Shown here: positions 63,283-64,000 of the stretch, piece by piece
Layout of the letters: each line of letters starts with the position of its first letter
Numbering within the stretch: the first letter of the stretch is position 1
The notes under the pieces: generated by a model
Told to the model about the DNA's origin: nothing
The model's database searches: none
The model's input: only the letters and a program-made list of their open reading frames with translations
Made by a program: the position numbers and the translations under genes
Origin: Peptococcaceae bacterium
GTDB taxonomy: Bacteria; Bacillota; Peptococcia; Peptococcales; Peptococcaceae
Direction: 5' to 3'
Length of the DNA: 64,000 nt
NCBI GenBank assembly: GCA_019420345.1
Contig: JAHZHI010000055.1
Location: 17,871-81,870 of the forward strand

Positions 63283-64000
63283 TTACCATTTTTGCACAAC
63301 AGCGCAGCCTTCCTCCTGCACCAGTTCTCTGTGTACGTGCACCGCCATCACAACGGTAATCACAGCCGTCAGCACATCAGCCAGAGGCTGCGCATAAAGA
63401 ACGCCTGACACACCCCACCACAGCGGCAAAAACACGATCATTGGCAGAAAACAAATACCCTGTCGGCACGCACCGAGGAAAAGCCCTGCTCGCCCTTTAC
63501 CAAGTGCCAAAAACAACGACGCATAGACCGTATGAAAGCCAAAGAACATAAAAGACAAACCATTCGCCGCCAGCGACGCCGCGCCCACAGCCTGCATGTC
63601 GGCCTGTCCCTTGGCAAAAAGAGCCATGATCTGTGGGGCCAGCGCGGCCGCCGCTAAGCCAACCAACACACAAAAGCCGCTGGACCAAAGGATCGCCGTT
63701 CGAATCGCTTTTCGCAGACGCTCAAAATCTCTGGCGCCATAGCTGAAACCAGCGATGGCCTGAAACCCTTTCAAAAAGCCAAACACCACCAGCGTCCCCA
63801 TGGAAACAATGCGCGTAACTGCGCCCATCCCTGCAATCACAGCATCGCCATAAGGATTCGCGGCGCGATTGATCAACGCCATCGACAAGCTGGTCAAAAG
63901 CTGAAACACCAGCGTCGGCACGCCGATCTTCAAAATTTCTGCCATGATGTGTCGGCTCGGTGAAAAATGCTTAATGCCGAAGGAAAACGCACTCTTTCCA
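63283..64000 (-). CDS. MATE family efflux transporter, C-terminal half (5' end beyond the window)
   Basis: The track lists 63283..63945. The same frame stays open to nt 64000 (..GKSAFSFGIKHFSPSRHIMAEILKIGVPT), the typical mid-MATE repeat junction. Confidence 0.75.
   Translation of the reverse strand, partial: GKSAFSFGIKHFSPSRHIMAEILKIGVPTLVFQLLTSLSMALINRAANPYGDAVIAGMGAVTRIVSMGTLVVFGFLKGFQAIAGFSYGARDFERLRKAIRTAILWSSGFCVLVGLAAAALAPQIMALFAKGQADMQAVGAASLAANGLSFMFFGFHTVYASLFLALGKGRAGLFLGACRQGICFLPMIVFLPLWWGVSGVLYAQPLADVLTAVITVVMAVHVHRELVQEEGCAVVQKW

Noticed and set aside
63283-63945. Apparent half-size MATE gene, suggesting a truncation or pseudogene.
   Set aside because: Reading the same frame upstream of the listed Met shows no stop up to the window edge. 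The gene simply continues beyond nt 64000.

Overview
The window is 64 kb of a roughly 55-60 % GC chromosome that looks like Bacillota/Clostridia. The signs are an rplU-prp-rpmA operon with an L27 propeptide, an FMN riboswitch ahead of ribDE(BA)H, a comG-like pseudopilus operon, comFC and RNase J. Most genes are on the minus strand.

All family calls come from motifs read by eye in the supplied translations. No database search was run.

Gene content from left to right:
- a comG-like pseudopilus operon
- TetR, a DUF362 Fe-S protein, GNAT, and a GntR/ABC-2 module
- a PadR regulator followed by four tandem paralogous membrane proteins
- TetR-MATE, PadR-DUF1700-DUF4097 and MarR-MATE modules
- a 4.5 kb AT-rich insertion (Crp/Fnr regulator, permease, 644-aa phosphodiesterase)
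- the riboflavin operon and alr
- a nitrogen cluster: gltB, an abnormally short gltD-like gene, and an amtB::PII fusion
- obg, a membrane MutS-like ATPase, and the L21/Prp/L27 genes
- an orphan TIR-domain gene
- proC, a nitrilase-family gene and rnj
- a BceAB-like ABC transporter with a response regulator and a kinase that has no transmembrane segment
- an amino-acid ABC transporter, comFC and aconitase
- a tyrosine recombinase with a 5x zinc-ribbon repeat protein
- an ECF sigma/ABC module, a methyltransferase and a partial MATE gene

No rRNA, tRNA or CRISPR array was seen.

The observations most worth follow-up:
1. The AT-rich island is bracketed by a direct duplication of the ribH 3' end and contains no integrase.
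2. The stand-alone TIR gene sits between housekeeping operons.
3. The recombinase and zinc-ribbon-repeat gene pair.
4. The short GltD has lost exactly its NADPH domain, next to the AmtB-PII fusion.
5. The PadR gene is followed by four diverged HAAS-like membrane paralogues.
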